The notes beneath the pieces are model-generated. The model searched no databases. It was given only the letters and a program-made list of their open reading frames with translations, and was not told the origin of the DNA. The position numbers were made by a program, and so were the translations under genes. From assembly GCA_030836185.1 (NCBI GenBank), contig JAURQH010000048.1, forward strand, positions 44,433 through 108,432: 64,000 nucleotides of DNA. Reading direction: 5' to 3'. Positions 1 through 10,430 of the stretch are shown here, one piece after another; the stretch's first letter is position 1, and each line of letters begins with the position of its first letter. This stretch comes from Planctomycetota bacterium. Its GTDB lineage: Bacteria; Planctomycetota; Planctomycetia; Planctomycetales; Planctomycetaceae.

Positions 1-234
1 GATTCGTATCTGTGTACTTCCCGTCTGGTACGGCCCCGGTTCTGGCTGATCGTTTCCCATATCATATGCCGCGAAGACAGTTGCATAAAACACAAATCGT
101 CCTGTCTCGGGATCATAGATTACATCTTCGGGGATGTTTCGTTTTAATCCCAACAACATCGAGTCATTGGTCCGAAAAAACTGAATATCAACGGGATGTG
201 TTCCATCGTCTCCTCGAATTTCCCCCGTCAACAT
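1..234 (-). CDS. hypothetical protein, N-terminal fragment (gene continues beyond the left edge of the window)
   Basis: The minus-strand frame is open from ATG at 234..232 (MLTGEIRGDDGTHPVDIQFFRTND...) down to base 1 with no stop. Its ATG shares one base with the TGA stop of the upstream gene (TGATG), suggesting translational coupling. It is absent from the ORF track because it is truncated. No family recognised. Confidence 0.4.
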   Translation of the reverse strand, partial: MLTGEIRGDDGTHPVDIQFFRTNDSMLLGLKRNIPEDVIYDPETGRFVFYATVFAAYDMGNDQPEPGPYQTGSTQIRI

Positions 235-1385
235 CACTTCGACGTACCCATCTCCGTGACCAGAACTTGTTGAACTCGGTCGTCTGATTCGGGCCATGCC
301 GATTTCGGACGAAACTCGACTGGATGATCAGCATCAACCATGAGTTGCTCACCCACGGGGCCGCCACAAGCACGTTTACATCCAGCCAAGAATGTTCGCC
401 GGTGCTCACTGGCTGCTTCTTCGCTTCGCCCAATTTCGGAAATGAAGCGTTCATCTCCGAGCAACGCCATCGTTGTGGGTAGAAGTTGTTCGGATTCGGC
501 CAACCACAATAGAGTCTCATGTCCTGAACCATGATGTTCGCACATAAATACAGAGAGGCGAGAGAGTTGATCCTGCAAAGCGGTTGCTGTTTCAGGCTTT
601 TTTGTTTCCAGCCGTTTCAATAGCTGAGGATATTCCAAGAGTGAAACGGCTGCGATGGCCAACTCTTCGCGATTAAACTCCGCCGATGCTTCGGCCAGTT
701 TTTCCGCAGCCTGTTTCCCCAGTTTCAAATCGTACAGAATATATAGTTTGAATGTACGTTCGGATTTTGAACTCAATATCGCATCCAGAATCTGATCTTC
801 ATAGGGTTTAGCTTGAACTCCATAGGCCTTAATCAAATCAAACATCGTCCATGAATTGCTAAAAGCGTCATCACTCAGTTTCGAAATAAGAGAATCGATG
901 ACATCTTTAAGTGGAGGTAAATGATTCAGGGCTTCTTGGCTCACATACCAGATCACACTTGGGTCGTTGCTATTCAATCCAATCGTTAAAGCCCTGATCA
1001 CATCAGGATGTGGGCCGTTGGGGGAACAGATCGCCATCGCCGCCGCTTCTCGGACTTCGGGATCATCATCAACAAGACCTCGCTGGATCGCCAAAGCTAT
1101 TCGACTGATGTCTTCATCGGACAGTTCTTGAATTTGCTTCACATTCGACTCGGTCTCAATCGGCGTACCGGAAAAGCCCAAGTCAGTCACTTCGCTGGGT
1201 GGACTCATCAGGTCCTCTAATTCTTGAAAGGCTTTGAGACGTCGGCTAGCGAGTAAGGATTCGGTTCTCGAGATAATTCTCCCAATCTCATCCGTGCCAT
1301 GGGATGGCCCCCCGAATCGTGTGGAGAGAACAATCAGCACAGCCAGAGACAAACCAACTATCGCTTTTGATCGATTATTTTTCAT
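234..1385 (-). CDS. secreted HEAT/armadillo-like repeat protein (hypothetical)
   Basis: 383-aa ORF with an N-terminal hydrophobic signal-like segment (AIVGLSLAVLIVLS). Helical repeat segments such as DDDPEVREAAAMAI and SNDPSVIWYVSQEAL resemble HEAT repeats. No specific family recognised. Confidence 0.55.
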   Translation of the reverse strand: MKNNRSKAIVGLSLAVLIVLSTRFGGPSHGTDEIGRIISRTESLLASRRLKAFQELEDLMSPPSEVTDLGFSGTPIETESNVKQIQELSDEDISRIALAIQRGLVDDDPEVREAAAMAICSPNGPHPDVIRALTIGLNSNDPSVIWYVSQEALNHLPPLKDVIDSLISKLSDDAFSNSWTMFDLIKAYGVQAKPYEDQILDAILSSKSERTFKLYILYDLKLGKQAAEKLAEASAEFNREELAIAAVSLLEYPQLLKRLETKKPETATALQDQLSRLSVFMCEHHGSGHETLLWLAESEQLLPTTMALLGDERFISEIGRSEEAASEHRRTFLAGCKRACGGPVGEQLMVDADHPVEFRPKSAWPESDDRVQQVLVTEMGTSK

Positions 1386-1636
1386 ATCGTGATTTAATTA
1401 GTTCAAGACTTAAAAAACGGAAGAACTAAACAGAAGCAAACTGGATGGGTTCAGTTTACCGGAATTCATAAGACCGACTCAAGGTTTTCCACTTCATCCA
1501 ACAGCCAACTATTCAATCACGAAGTCCGATAAGATCAGTCATTTGCGCCCTCAACCCCGGCTTTCTGCTTTCACTCAGTGCCAATGCCAATTAAGATACA
1601 CGCGAGGCGGAACACTCGAAAACAGACGGTTGTATC

Positions 1637-2371
1637 ATGAAACTGATCCTGCTCGGCACTGGTGGATACCACCCCAACAACGTCCGCCATACCGCCTGTC
1701 TCATGCTCCCCGAACTCGGTCTCATCTTTGACGCGGGGACCAGTTTCTTCCGCGTACCCGAAAGACTGCAAACGGACGAAGTGCAGATTGTCCTTTCGCA
1801 TGCTCATCTCGATCACATCTGCGGCCTCACGTTTTTCTTGCCGACTCTGATCAAAGGTGATGTCTCATCAGCGACGATTTACAGCGACGACAAGACGCTG
1901 AACGCCGTCGGTCAGCATCTCTTCAGCGATGAAATTTTTCCGATTCTGCCTGATTACAATTTTGAGACGATTCCTGAATCATTGGAAGTTGCACAGGGCG
2001 GACGATTGACTCACTTCGTGCAAGAGCATCCGGGAGGTTCTCTCGGATTCCGTGTGGATTGGCCCGATCGATCATTCGCCTATTTGACAGATACGCACTG
2101 TACCGGGACGGCGTCCGAATTTGTTCGGGGCGTCGATCTTTTGATTCACGAAAGCAATTTTCCTGACGGCTACGAGGAGTTTGCCAAGAAAACAGGACAC
2201 AGCACCCCAACACCGGTCGCGAATATGGCGAAAGAAGCCGGGGTCGGTCGCTTGATTCTGACGCATCTCGATCCGACACTGGAAGGTAACGACCCGCTCA
2301 ACCTTTCCACGATCTGCGAAATCTTCCCTCACACCGAAGTCGCCACCGATCTCATGGAAATCGAGTTTTAA
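1637..2371 (+). CDS. MBL-fold metallo-hydrolase (RNase Z/BN-like)
   Basis: 244 aa with the HxHxDH motif (SHAHLDH). Downstream metal-ligand-like segments are LIHESNF and LTHLD. Size fits the short RNase Z/BN class. Confidence 0.8.
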   Translation: MKLILLGTGGYHPNNVRHTACLMLPELGLIFDAGTSFFRVPERLQTDEVQIVLSHAHLDHICGLTFFLPTLIKGDVSSATIYSDDKTLNAVGQHLFSDEIFPILPDYNFETIPESLEVAQGGRLTHFVQEHPGGSLGFRVDWPDRSFAYLTDTHCTGTASEFVRGVDLLIHESNFPDGYEEFAKKTGHSTPTPVANMAKEAGVGRLILTHLDPTLEGNDPLNLSTICEIFPHTEVATDLMEIEF

Positions 2372-2396
2372 GAGACACAATCGAAGACGCTCCAGA

Positions 2397-3341
2397 ATGA
2401 CACGACTCCACAAAGATCTGATTTCTTCTCTGCGCGAGCCGGAGAACGGCAATCCATTGTACATCGCCGAAGACAAATTTCAGACTTCCCGAGGACTGCC
2501 TCTCGGCAAAGTCGTCGAGGGGATTCCACGGTTTGTCAACGATGAACACCTGAAGTCATTTGGGCTGCAATGGAACAAATATGAAGTGGCTCACGACGAT
2601 GAAGACCGTGCCACCTTTCAAGCCAAAACGGGGTTCTCTCTGAAGGAGATGAAGGGAAAGCGTGTTCTCGATGCTGGTTGCGGGGGAGGGCGGTACTCCA
2701 AGATTTGTGGCGAGGCGGGAGCCATCGTCATTGGAGCCGATCATTCGTCAGCCGTCGAGAAAGCCGAGAAACTCTGCGGACATCTGGATCGTGTCCATTT
2801 CTTGCAGGCCGACTTGAAGCATCTACCGCTCCAACACCAATCATTTGATTACGTGTTTTCCATTGGGGTGATGCACCACGATAAAAAGACAAAGGCGGTC
2901 TTCGACGCCGTCGCCAAGATGGTCAAACCGGGAGGAAAATATGCCGTCTGGTTGTATCGCAAGAATCAGTGGTGGCAGGAAGCGATTAACAATCGGCTAC
3001 GCGATAAAACGACAAGCTGGTCCACCGAGAAGCTGGAACAGTGGTCGAAACGCGGAGCCAAACTGGGCGGCATGCCCATTCTCAACAAAACGCTCAACAA
3101 AGTGGTCAACTTCAGCGCTCACCCGAATGAAGAAAATCGAATCTGCGATACATTCGACTGGTACGCTCCCGAATATCAACACCATCACACCGTCGAGGAA
3201 CTCTCATCGTGGTTTCTCGACGCTGGCTTTGTCGACTTGAAAGCCTTGCCGCCAGAGAAAAAAGGGTTCCTCTATCGCTGTGCCTATGAATGGAATTTAC
3301 TGATCGGTAGCGGCGTGAACGTGATGGGTAAGAAGAAGTAA
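2397..3341 (+). CDS. class I SAM-dependent methyltransferase with Trm112-like N-terminal segment
   Basis: 314 aa with the SAM-binding motif I VLDAGCGGGRY. Downstream elements GADHS, FLQADLKHLP and MVKPGG are present, and the N-terminus carries a Trm112-like IPRFV segment. Confidence 0.8.
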   Translation: MTRLHKDLISSLREPENGNPLYIAEDKFQTSRGLPLGKVVEGIPRFVNDEHLKSFGLQWNKYEVAHDDEDRATFQAKTGFSLKEMKGKRVLDAGCGGGRYSKICGEAGAIVIGADHSSAVEKAEKLCGHLDRVHFLQADLKHLPLQHQSFDYVFSIGVMHHDKKTKAVFDAVAKMVKPGGKYAVWLYRKNQWWQEAINNRLRDKTTSWSTEKLEQWSKRGAKLGGMPILNKTLNKVVNFSAHPNEENRICDTFDWYAPEYQHHHTVEELSSWFLDAGFVDLKALPPEKKGFLYRCAYEWNLLIGSGVNVMGKKK

Positions 3342-3356
3342 TAATTCGACGAGATT

Positions 3357-5036
3357 CTATTCTATTTCGATCACGTTATTTTCGATCACGCCTCCCTCAC
3401 CGTCATACGAAATCACTTTGGTCTTTGATTCCGTTGAGACCGCAATGTTTCCAGTCAAGGTCGGAGGAATGGCAGGCTTCTGAACGACGATTGCCGATTT
3501 GAAAAAGTGACTGATTCTATTGTCATTCGCTGAGACATTGGCATCGGAAGCAAACAACCCATGCCGCCAGGAATCAAACTGATTTTCTGTCATCACCACT
3601 TCGGAACCAGGCAGCGCCCAAACACCAAAGTTGGGCGGCCCCACTTTGCGAAGCGTTGTTCCCTGAAACTGATTCTTTTGCAAAATGACTTTCCCGGCTA
3701 CCCGAACCCCGGCGACTCCACCTCCCGAAATGTGATTATCTATGAGAGTCGCGGTTGACCCTTTGTGAACCATAATCACGGGAGGTAAACCCTCGCCATT
3801 TTCGAAAGAATTGCCAGTCATCATCACGTGCCACCCCGCATTAATCCCGACCGAGACTTTACCGTTATCGGCGACTCGATTCCGAATCAGAATGGATTCA
3901 CCAGAATCTGTGTTTTCAAATCCGATTCCTGCCATTTTGTTGTGATGACAATTGTTCCCAATCAGAATAGTATGAGCGCCATCTTGCTGACCAATTCCCA
4001 CACGCTCATTCTCGAAGCATTCGTTTCCGACGATGGTTGGAGTGGCGTGTGAGTTGGCACCAATACCGACAAGTTTGTTGCGATAGCATCGGTTGTTACT
4101 GATCACCGGACCAGATTCTTCACTAGCTCCGATACCGGCCATATCATTTTCGTAGCATTCGTTTTTGTCGATGACGGGCCTCGTATCGTGATCGGTGCGG
4201 ACGCCAATACCGGCTCTCCGATTTTTGTAGCATTTGTTTCCCCGCACAACAGGGCAAGCTCCTTCGCTGATCCCGATTCCGGCACGAATATTCTGATAGC
4301 ATTCGTTGTTAATCACCAGCGGACTGGCATCATCGTGACCGATCCCGGCATAGAAATTTTCGAAACAGACATTCTCTTCAATCCGAGCAGACGATTTTCT
4401 CATTGAACCGATGCCGCCACCCATGTTCCGATAGGTCACATTGCGATAAATGTGTGGAGAGACTCGATACCCTTCTTTCCCCATGATCGCGATTCCGGAA
4501 TAGCCGACGTGATGTACGATATTGTGCTGAACGGTACATTTTTCAACCCCAATCACACTGATGCCGGCAGTTCCCGGCTCACCGATCTCTTCGTGAGGTT
4601 GTTCGTTTCCTTGGGTGGCATGATGATGTTTCCATTGCTCATCGTTGTATTTCCCGACTCCCGTGACCGTGAAACCGTCGAATGTTGATCCTTCCGCCAT
4701 GCTGACTCCGGGCCCTTCCGCACCTTCAAAGCTGCCGTCAACAATCGTGGCTTCCGCACGTGCGAGACCGAGCTTTCCTCTCTCATTCTCCCCCACACTT
4801 TGGACAATCAATCCTGGTTTAAGCTGAATTCTTTCGCGATAGGTTCCCGCTGAGACTAGAACGGTATCTCCCGATTCAGCCGCATCAATTGCCGCCTGAA
4901 TGGTTTTGTGATCCTGCGGTACGAGTAGCGTTTCGGCGGAAAGCTGCTCGGGAAACCACAGAGACGCAATGACTGCTAGACAGAGCAGAGTGAATCTTTG
5001 ATTTTGAATCTGAGTCCGAACGCTGGAAGTATTCAT
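3357..5036 (-). CDS. right-handed parallel beta-helix repeat protein (secreted)
   Basis: 559 aa with a signal peptide. It carries a long series of tandem ~23-aa repeats of the form N.C(Y/F).N..AGIG (NECYQNIRAGIGI, NKCYKNRRAGIGV, NECYENDMAGIGA, NRCYRNKLVGIGA, NECFENERVGIGQ), typical of NosD/pectate-lyase-like beta-helices. Confidence 0.7.
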   Translation of the reverse strand: MNTSSVRTQIQNQRFTLLCLAVIASLWFPEQLSAETLLVPQDHKTIQAAIDAAESGDTVLVSAGTYRERIQLKPGLIVQSVGENERGKLGLARAEATIVDGSFEGAEGPGVSMAEGSTFDGFTVTGVGKYNDEQWKHHHATQGNEQPHEEIGEPGTAGISVIGVEKCTVQHNIVHHVGYSGIAIMGKEGYRVSPHIYRNVTYRNMGGGIGSMRKSSARIEENVCFENFYAGIGHDDASPLVINNECYQNIRAGIGISEGACPVVRGNKCYKNRRAGIGVRTDHDTRPVIDKNECYENDMAGIGASEESGPVISNNRCYRNKLVGIGANSHATPTIVGNECFENERVGIGQQDGAHTILIGNNCHHNKMAGIGFENTDSGESILIRNRVADNGKVSVGINAGWHVMMTGNSFENGEGLPPVIMVHKGSTATLIDNHISGGGVAGVRVAGKVILQKNQFQGTTLRKVGPPNFGVWALPGSEVVMTENQFDSWRHGLFASDANVSANDNRISHFFKSAIVVQKPAIPPTLTGNIAVSTESKTKVISYDGEGGVIENNVIEIE

Positions 5037-5075
5037 GGTTGCCTCTCCTCCGAAAAGATAATTTTATGAACAGCC

Positions 5076-6458
5076 TTATTCCTGATTCTTCAAATCTTCT
5101 CGCCAATCATACGCTTCGGCAACAACTTCACGATGTAAATCGAGCATTTGCTGTTTCATCTTCTCAAGTCGGTCCGGCTGTTGACTGGCTAAATCGTGCT
5201 CCTGTCCCGGATCGTTGCGCAGATGATAGAGTCGAAAGTTGAGCAGTCCGGTTTTCTTGATGTCTCCAATGAATTCTTCTTTGAACATATTCTGTTTGGG
5301 GAGATCAATTTCGGGGTCGGCAATTAAACAGTAATCGCCATCACGAATCACACAAACTGGACGAGACGGATTGTAGAACCAGTACAGCGGCTTCTCACGC
5401 ACCAGTTTTTCACCAGTAAACAATGGCTGTAAAGGAACGCCATCCAGAATACGATCAGTGGGAAGCTTGGCACCGGTCGCTTTGCAAATAGTGGGTAACA
5501 AATCGACGAGTCCGGCAGGTGTATCAGTCACTTGCCCCGGCTTGATGTGTCCGGGCCAACGGATGATCCCCGGTTCGCGTATTCCACCTTCCCACAATTG
5601 CGTTTTACGCCCCTTGAGATTGCCATTACTGCCTGCCATGTAACTACCATTATCGGAAGTGAAGATGACCAACGTATTGTCGTCGGCCCCCATCTCTTCG
5701 AGTGTTTTCATCAGCCGACCGACGGCGATGTCCATATTCTCGATGCAGCCGTAATACTGCGGGTTCTTTTTCCCTTTGTGCCGCGCGGCCAGTTCGGGAG
5801 GAGCGGCGACTTTGGCATGCGGTTCATGAAACCAGACATTCAGAAAAAACGGGGCATCTTTGTCTCGCTTCTCGTTCAGCCATTCAATCGCCTGGTCGGC
5901 CACAATTTGACACGAGTAACCGGGCACTTCACCCAGCGCTTTCCCGTTCAAAACAAAGTTATTGGGATCACGATGAGAGGGAATTGCATTATTTCCTGTT
6001 GCCATCCAATGGTCGAAACCATGATCGCCGGGGTTTGGTTTGTCTCCCGATCCTTCTTCCAAGTCGTAACCTAAATGCCATTTTCCGATATGAGCGGTTG
6101 AGTACCCCTCTGTTTTGACAAGCTCTGCAATCGTGGTTTCTTCGGTTCTCAGATGCATTTCGTGAGACGTGTGAATCCAGCTATAGATCCCGGCCCGGAC
6201 AGAAAATCGCCCTGTCATTGTTGCTCCGCGAGAGGGAGAACAAACGGCACACGCCGCATAGAAATCGGTGAACCTCATCCCCTGCGAGGCAAGTTTGTCC
6301 AAATTGGGAGTCTGAGTCTCTGGACTGCCATAACAACTCAAATCGCCGTAACCAAGATCATCGGCCAGCATCAACACAACATTTGGCCTCTCGGCCTGTG
6401 CCGACAACAAGGAGCCCAGCACAAGCAAACAAGAAACCCCAATCGACGAAATTCGCAT
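5076..6458 (-). CDS. arylsulfatase (formylglycine-dependent sulfatase family)
   Basis: 460 aa with a signal peptide. N-terminal PNVVLMLADDLGYGDL is followed by the sulfatase signature CSPSRGATMTGR (C-x-P-x-R). Confidence 0.9.
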   Translation of the reverse strand: MRISSIGVSCLLVLGSLLSAQAERPNVVLMLADDLGYGDLSCYGSPETQTPNLDKLASQGMRFTDFYAACAVCSPSRGATMTGRFSVRAGIYSWIHTSHEMHLRTEETTIAELVKTEGYSTAHIGKWHLGYDLEEGSGDKPNPGDHGFDHWMATGNNAIPSHRDPNNFVLNGKALGEVPGYSCQIVADQAIEWLNEKRDKDAPFFLNVWFHEPHAKVAAPPELAARHKGKKNPQYYGCIENMDIAVGRLMKTLEEMGADDNTLVIFTSDNGSYMAGSNGNLKGRKTQLWEGGIREPGIIRWPGHIKPGQVTDTPAGLVDLLPTICKATGAKLPTDRILDGVPLQPLFTGEKLVREKPLYWFYNPSRPVCVIRDGDYCLIADPEIDLPKQNMFKEEFIGDIKKTGLLNFRLYHLRNDPGQEHDLASQQPDRLEKMKQQMLDLHREVVAEAYDWREDLKNQE

Positions 6459-6546
6459 GACGACTCACTTTCTTCAGCGCAAAAAAACATTCAGAGATAA
6501 TCTTTACCTCTGAATGAGAATAACCGAGTCGGATTGTCGATGCGAA

Positions 6547-7050
6547 TTATTTCTTCACAGCCTCAAGAATGGCCTCTGCAGACGGACGTTTGGTTTTCTT
6601 GCCAGCAAGAATCGTCTCGACAGTTCCATCTTTACCGATGATGTACGTCGTAAATCCCGTAGTGCTGTAATCGGCGGTCTCTTTGGCCCCGAGATCGAGC
6701 AACAACGGGAACTCTGCATTCGCCGTTTTCTGTGATTTGATCAATCCTTCTGCTCCCTCTCGTTCCTCACGAAAGACGACAATCACTTCTCCACCCGCTT
6801 TGGAGATGTCTTCGTAATGATTGGAAAGATCTTTCAATTGACCCATACAAAACGGGCACCAGTGTGCGCGGCTGAAAACAACCACCAGTTTCTTCTCTCC
6901 CACCCAATCGGATAATTTGACGGTTTCTCCCTCGATGTTGGTCGCTTGAAAATCGGGAGCTTTACTGCCTTGCTTGACTTCATCTGCGTGTGAAAGATTC
7001 GTAAGCAGTGCAAAAGTGGCGAGAAACAGACATGTCTTCAAGAGTCTCAT
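6547..7050 (-). CDS. thioredoxin-fold peroxiredoxin/redoxin (AhpC/TSA-like), secreted
   Basis: The track ORF 6547..7335 is trimmed to the internal ATG at 7050, which is followed by a signal peptide (MRLLKTCLFLATFALLTNLSHA). It has a thioredoxin-fold WCPFC active site. The upstream 95 codons have no protein-like character. Confidence 0.75.
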   Translation of the reverse strand: MRLLKTCLFLATFALLTNLSHADEVKQGSKAPDFQATNIEGETVKLSDWVGEKKLVVVFSRAHWCPFCMGQLKDLSNHYEDISKAGGEVIVVFREEREGAEGLIKSQKTANAEFPLLLDLGAKETADYSTTGFTTYIIGKDGTVETILAGKKTKRPSAEAILEAVKK

Positions 7051-7183
7051 AAAAAATCCTTTACTTGAGAAAGCGATGTGGGACATGATGGATACCTTCA
7101 TTGTACACACACCAAACTGCAAGTCGGTGAAGCAAGATACAGTTTCTCTTATACATTCATAATTCCACACACAGATACAAATC

Positions 7184-7672
7184 ATGAGTCTTACAATCAA
7201 ACGGATTCTCTGCCCGACCGATTTCAGCGAAACCGCAGGACGGGCTCTCGAATATGCCTGCTCGTTGACTGAGAAATTCAATGCGGAACTGCATGTTTTA
7301 CATGTCGTTCGCGACTTCGCGTCGGAATGGCCCATGTATGGAGAAGGGACCGTGTTCCCCGGCTATCTTGAAAACATTGAGGAACATGCACAAAACCTGG
7401 AAATCGCCGCTTTCAATCAACTGGGGGAGCTTCTTTCTCACGAATGGACCGCAGCACATAATGTGACATTCGCAGTCGAGCACGGAAAAGAGTTCGTCGA
7501 GATTGTCCGCTTCGCCCGTGAGTTACCTGCCGATCTGATTGTCATAGGCACGCACGGTCGCGGCGTCATTGCCCATACGCTGCTCGGAAGCATCGCCGAG
7601 AAAGTCGTGCAGAAAGCATCCTGTCCCGTCCTGACGGTGAAACCGGACGGACATCAATTTGAATTACCCTGA
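7184..7672 (+). CDS. universal stress protein (UspA family)
   Basis: 162 aa starting IKRILCPTDFSE. The C-terminal ATP-binding-type motif is DLIVIGTHGRG....LGSIAEKVVQKASCPVLTV. Confidence 0.85.
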   Translation: MSLTIKRILCPTDFSETAGRALEYACSLTEKFNAELHVLHVVRDFASEWPMYGEGTVFPGYLENIEEHAQNLEIAAFNQLGELLSHEWTAAHNVTFAVEHGKEFVEIVRFARELPADLIVIGTHGRGVIAHTLLGSIAEKVVQKASCPVLTVKPDGHQFELP

Positions 7673-7713
7673 TTCTTTTCACATACATACTTTCACATTC
7701 TCAGGAATCCATC

Positions 7714-9099
7714 ATGACTTCAACGGACACCATAAAACCAGAACCTTTTTCTTCGTCACGACGTATGTTTCTGGGGAGTACCTTTGCCGCATCGATGGCG
7801 GCGACCATCGTTCCCCGTCACGTTCTCGGCATGGGTTACCTTGCTCCCAGTGAAACGATCAATATTGCCGGCATCGGAGCTGGCGGAATGGGCGGAGGAG
7901 ACATCAACAGGCATGCCGGCAACGGTGCCAATATTGTCGCTTTGTGCGATGTCGATGATCGACGCGCTGCGGGAACCTACAACAAGTTCCCCAAGGCGAC
8001 CCGCTACAAAGATTTTCGCATCCTGCTGGAAAAAGAAGAGAAGAATATCGATGCCGTCACGGTCGGCACGCCGGATCACATCCATGCCCCGGCATCTTTG
8101 ATGGCAATCAACATGGGCAAGCATGTCTATTGTCAGAAGCCGATGACTCATACACTCCACGAAGCGCGTGTCTTGACCAAAGCTGCCGAGAAGGCGGGCG
8201 TCGTCACTCAAATGGGAAATCAGGGACATGGAGCCGAAGGAGCACGACTCACCAACGAATGGATTCAGGCAGGACTCATCGGCGATGTGACCGAAGTGCA
8301 TGTCTGGTCGGATCGTCCCGGAGGCTGGTGGCCACAAGGTGTCGAGAAACCGACCGAAACACCTGCCGTCCCTTCAGAACTCGACTGGGATCTCTGGCTC
8401 GGCCCGGCTCCCGAGCGTGCTTATCACTCCGATTACGTCCCGTTCAAATGGCGTGGCTGGTGGGATTTTGGAACTGGCGCATTGGGCGACATGGGCTGTC
8501 ACATCATCGACCATCCGTATTGGGCCCTCAATCTGGGAGCCCCCGACACCGTCGAAGCTCGCAACACCATCGAAGGTTCGCGCATTGGAAAGAAAGATTG
8601 GAACTTCGAGACTTACCCCAAAGCTTCGATGATTCACTACAACTTCCCGGCACGCGGCGATCTGCCACCGGTCAAAATGACCTGGTACGACGGCGGCTTG
8701 ATGCCGGCCACTCCCGATGAAATGCCCGCCAACGAATCGCTCCCTTCAAACGGTGCGCTCTACATCGGCAGCAAAGGGAAAATGTATCACGGCTCTCACG
8801 GCGGCAAACCGCAAGTCATCCCGGTCGAACTCCGTGAAGCCGCAAAAGCGATCCCGAAAACGATCCCTCGCTCTCGCGGCCATTACGAAGAATGGTTTGA
8901 TGCTTGCCGAGGGGAAGGGGAGACCGTTTGCCACTTTGGTTACGCTGGCCCCATGACCGAAACGGTGTTACTTGGTGTGCTCGCGCTGCGTGCTCCCGGC
9001 GAACGCTTACACTGGGACTCTGCCGAGATGAAAGTCACCAACAAGCCGGAATTGAATCAGTTCGTCAGCAAGGAATACCGCAAAGGCTGGGAGATTTAA
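7714..9099 (+). CDS. Gfo/Idh/MocA family oxidoreductase with TAT signal
   Basis: 461 aa with a twin-arginine-like leader (SRRMFLGSTFAASMAA). The Rossmann motif is INIAGIGAGGMG. The architecture is typical of periplasmic planctomycete Gfo/Idh/MocA proteins. Confidence 0.85.
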   Translation: MTSTDTIKPEPFSSSRRMFLGSTFAASMAATIVPRHVLGMGYLAPSETINIAGIGAGGMGGGDINRHAGNGANIVALCDVDDRRAAGTYNKFPKATRYKDFRILLEKEEKNIDAVTVGTPDHIHAPASLMAINMGKHVYCQKPMTHTLHEARVLTKAAEKAGVVTQMGNQGHGAEGARLTNEWIQAGLIGDVTEVHVWSDRPGGWWPQGVEKPTETPAVPSELDWDLWLGPAPERAYHSDYVPFKWRGWWDFGTGALGDMGCHIIDHPYWALNLGAPDTVEARNTIEGSRIGKKDWNFETYPKASMIHYNFPARGDLPPVKMTWYDGGLMPATPDEMPANESLPSNGALYIGSKGKMYHGSHGGKPQVIPVELREAAKAIPKTIPRSRGHYEEWFDACRGEGETVCHFGYAGPMTETVLLGVLALRAPGERLHWDSAEMKVTNKPELNQFVSKEYRKGWEI

Positions 9100-9124
9100 A
9101 AACTGACGCAAAGTCAGAAGATAG

Positions 9125-9146
9125 CCCTTGAGCGCAAGCTCAAGGG
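9125..9146. terminator. perfect 9-bp hairpin between convergent genes (possible terminator, no U-tract)
   Basis: CCCTTGAGC-gcaa-GCTCAAGGG lies between the stop at 9099 (+) and the stop at 9195 (-). Smaller hairpins flank it. There is no T-run, so intrinsic termination is uncertain. Confidence 0.35.
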
Positions 9147-9194
9147 ATGCGTGCGAGGCATCCTCATCCCTCCTAAGCGATCCGAATCACACAA

Positions 9195-10253
9195 TCACTC
9201 TTTGTGATCAGCTTCGTAGTGCATGCGAAGAAGATCGGCACCGAAGTCGCCGTCGAAGTCACGCCAAACCGCGTGGACGTGGTTCGCTTCATTCTGAGTG
9301 CAATCGTATTCGAACAAAAAGATCGGTGTTTGAATGCGATAGTAATGGCCTTCTCCTGGTTCAGTACCACCCATCCAGGCAAAGCGAACATCCTTGGCCG
9401 TGAACAGGTTCTTGCGTTCTTCCATCTGTTTTACGATTTCCAGACGATACTTGGTCGCATACACCTTGATCAGATCATTCAATAATTTCTGCTGATCGGC
9501 GTTCAGTTCATCCTGACTAATTCCCATGGTCGGCGTGAACAATCCCTTATCGACGTTACGATCTTGAGCGGTGAAAATGTCTTTGTGAGCTTCTGCCGCG
9601 ATGATCGCTTTTTTCTGTTGCTCAGCCGATAACGATTTCACCAGTTCACGAGCTAAGTCTTCTTCCTCGGCCAATGCTTTGAAGCCTTTGAAGGCTCCTT
9701 CTTTGACCATCGCCGGATTGGAACCAAAGAATGACGGCGTGACCGATAACAGCTTCCCTTTGACAATCGTGATGTTGATCGACAAATGATGTCCTTCATA
9801 ACGCCATGACCAAGTCCCTTTGGCGGAAGGCTCACCAAAGATGGAAACATAATACAACGCCGGGTTGCGGATCGGATTTTTCTCTTCCATCTCGTGAAGA
9901 ATCTGTTCGAGACTCATCACGGTCTGCACCTGCATGAAGCCTTTGTGGCTGAGTGCCGAGGAGACCAAGCCGCTCGCGAGTGCTTTCTGAGCACCATTCA
10001 TTTTGGTGAGTGGCAAGCCGAAGCGTTTGCCAGCAGGCTTGATGAATTTATCCGGCACGAAGTACCAGCCTTCGCGTTTGTCGTCTTTCCACTCAAAGTG
10101 AGCAGCCGCAGTTTGCTCCTTATCGAGCGACTTAAGAAACAGATTGGCGGCCTTCGCCATCTCTTCAGCCGGGTCGTGAGCCTGAACGGTGGTTCCGACA
10201 AAGGAAACAGCCATCGCAACAAGGAGGGCAAATTTGGCGGGCTTGTGCAACAT
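9195..10253 (-). CDS. DUF3500-like secreted protein
   Basis: The track ORF is trimmed to ATG at 10253, giving a signal peptide (MLHKPAKFALLVAMAVSFVGTTVQA). Motifs WRYEGHHLSINITIV and NHVHAVWRD match my recollection of DUF3500. The family assignment is from memory only. Confidence 0.6.
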   Translation of the reverse strand: MLHKPAKFALLVAMAVSFVGTTVQAHDPAEEMAKAANLFLKSLDKEQTAAAHFEWKDDKREGWYFVPDKFIKPAGKRFGLPLTKMNGAQKALASGLVSSALSHKGFMQVQTVMSLEQILHEMEEKNPIRNPALYYVSIFGEPSAKGTWSWRYEGHHLSINITIVKGKLLSVTPSFFGSNPAMVKEGAFKGFKALAEEEDLARELVKSLSAEQQKKAIIAAEAHKDIFTAQDRNVDKGLFTPTMGISQDELNADQQKLLNDLIKVYATKYRLEIVKQMEERKNLFTAKDVRFAWMGGTEPGEGHYYRIQTPIFLFEYDCTQNEANHVHAVWRDFDGDFGADLLRMHYEADHKE

Positions 10254-10430
10254 GGGTGGGACTCCAGTGGGTCTATCGTGTGTGAAAATACGCGAGGCGT
10301 TGATTGTCGAAAGATACGGGGCAAGTTGCAACTGTTTTCGGGCTTTGGAGAAGAAACTGGCAAGTGGAAATTCGTTGGTAGGCTAGTGTGAGACAAGCGT
10401 AACCGGGCACCATGTTTTGCAGAGCGCACG

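Noticed and set aside
6547-7335. Long N-terminal extensions of track ORFs (6547..7335, 9195..10331, 31335..31919, 34947..36086, 38099..38734, 42095..43189, 48643..50010, 10859..11746)
   Set aside because: In each case an internal ATG gives a canonical signal peptide, TAT leader or family-typical N-terminus. The upstream codons look non-coding or cross a repeat, so the shorter models were reported.
7756-8720. Long track ORFs 7756..8337 (-), 8130..8720 (+) and 8300..8632 (+) inside the Gfo/Idh/MocA gene
   Set aside because: They are embedded in or antisense to a well-supported gene with clear family motifs. Their translations are Arg/Ser-rich with no protein-like pattern. The same reasoning rejects 51615..52139 (-), 58299..58976 (+), 5532..6074 (+), 32654..33397 (+), 30569..31000 (+), 37262..37750 (-) and similar shadow ORFs.
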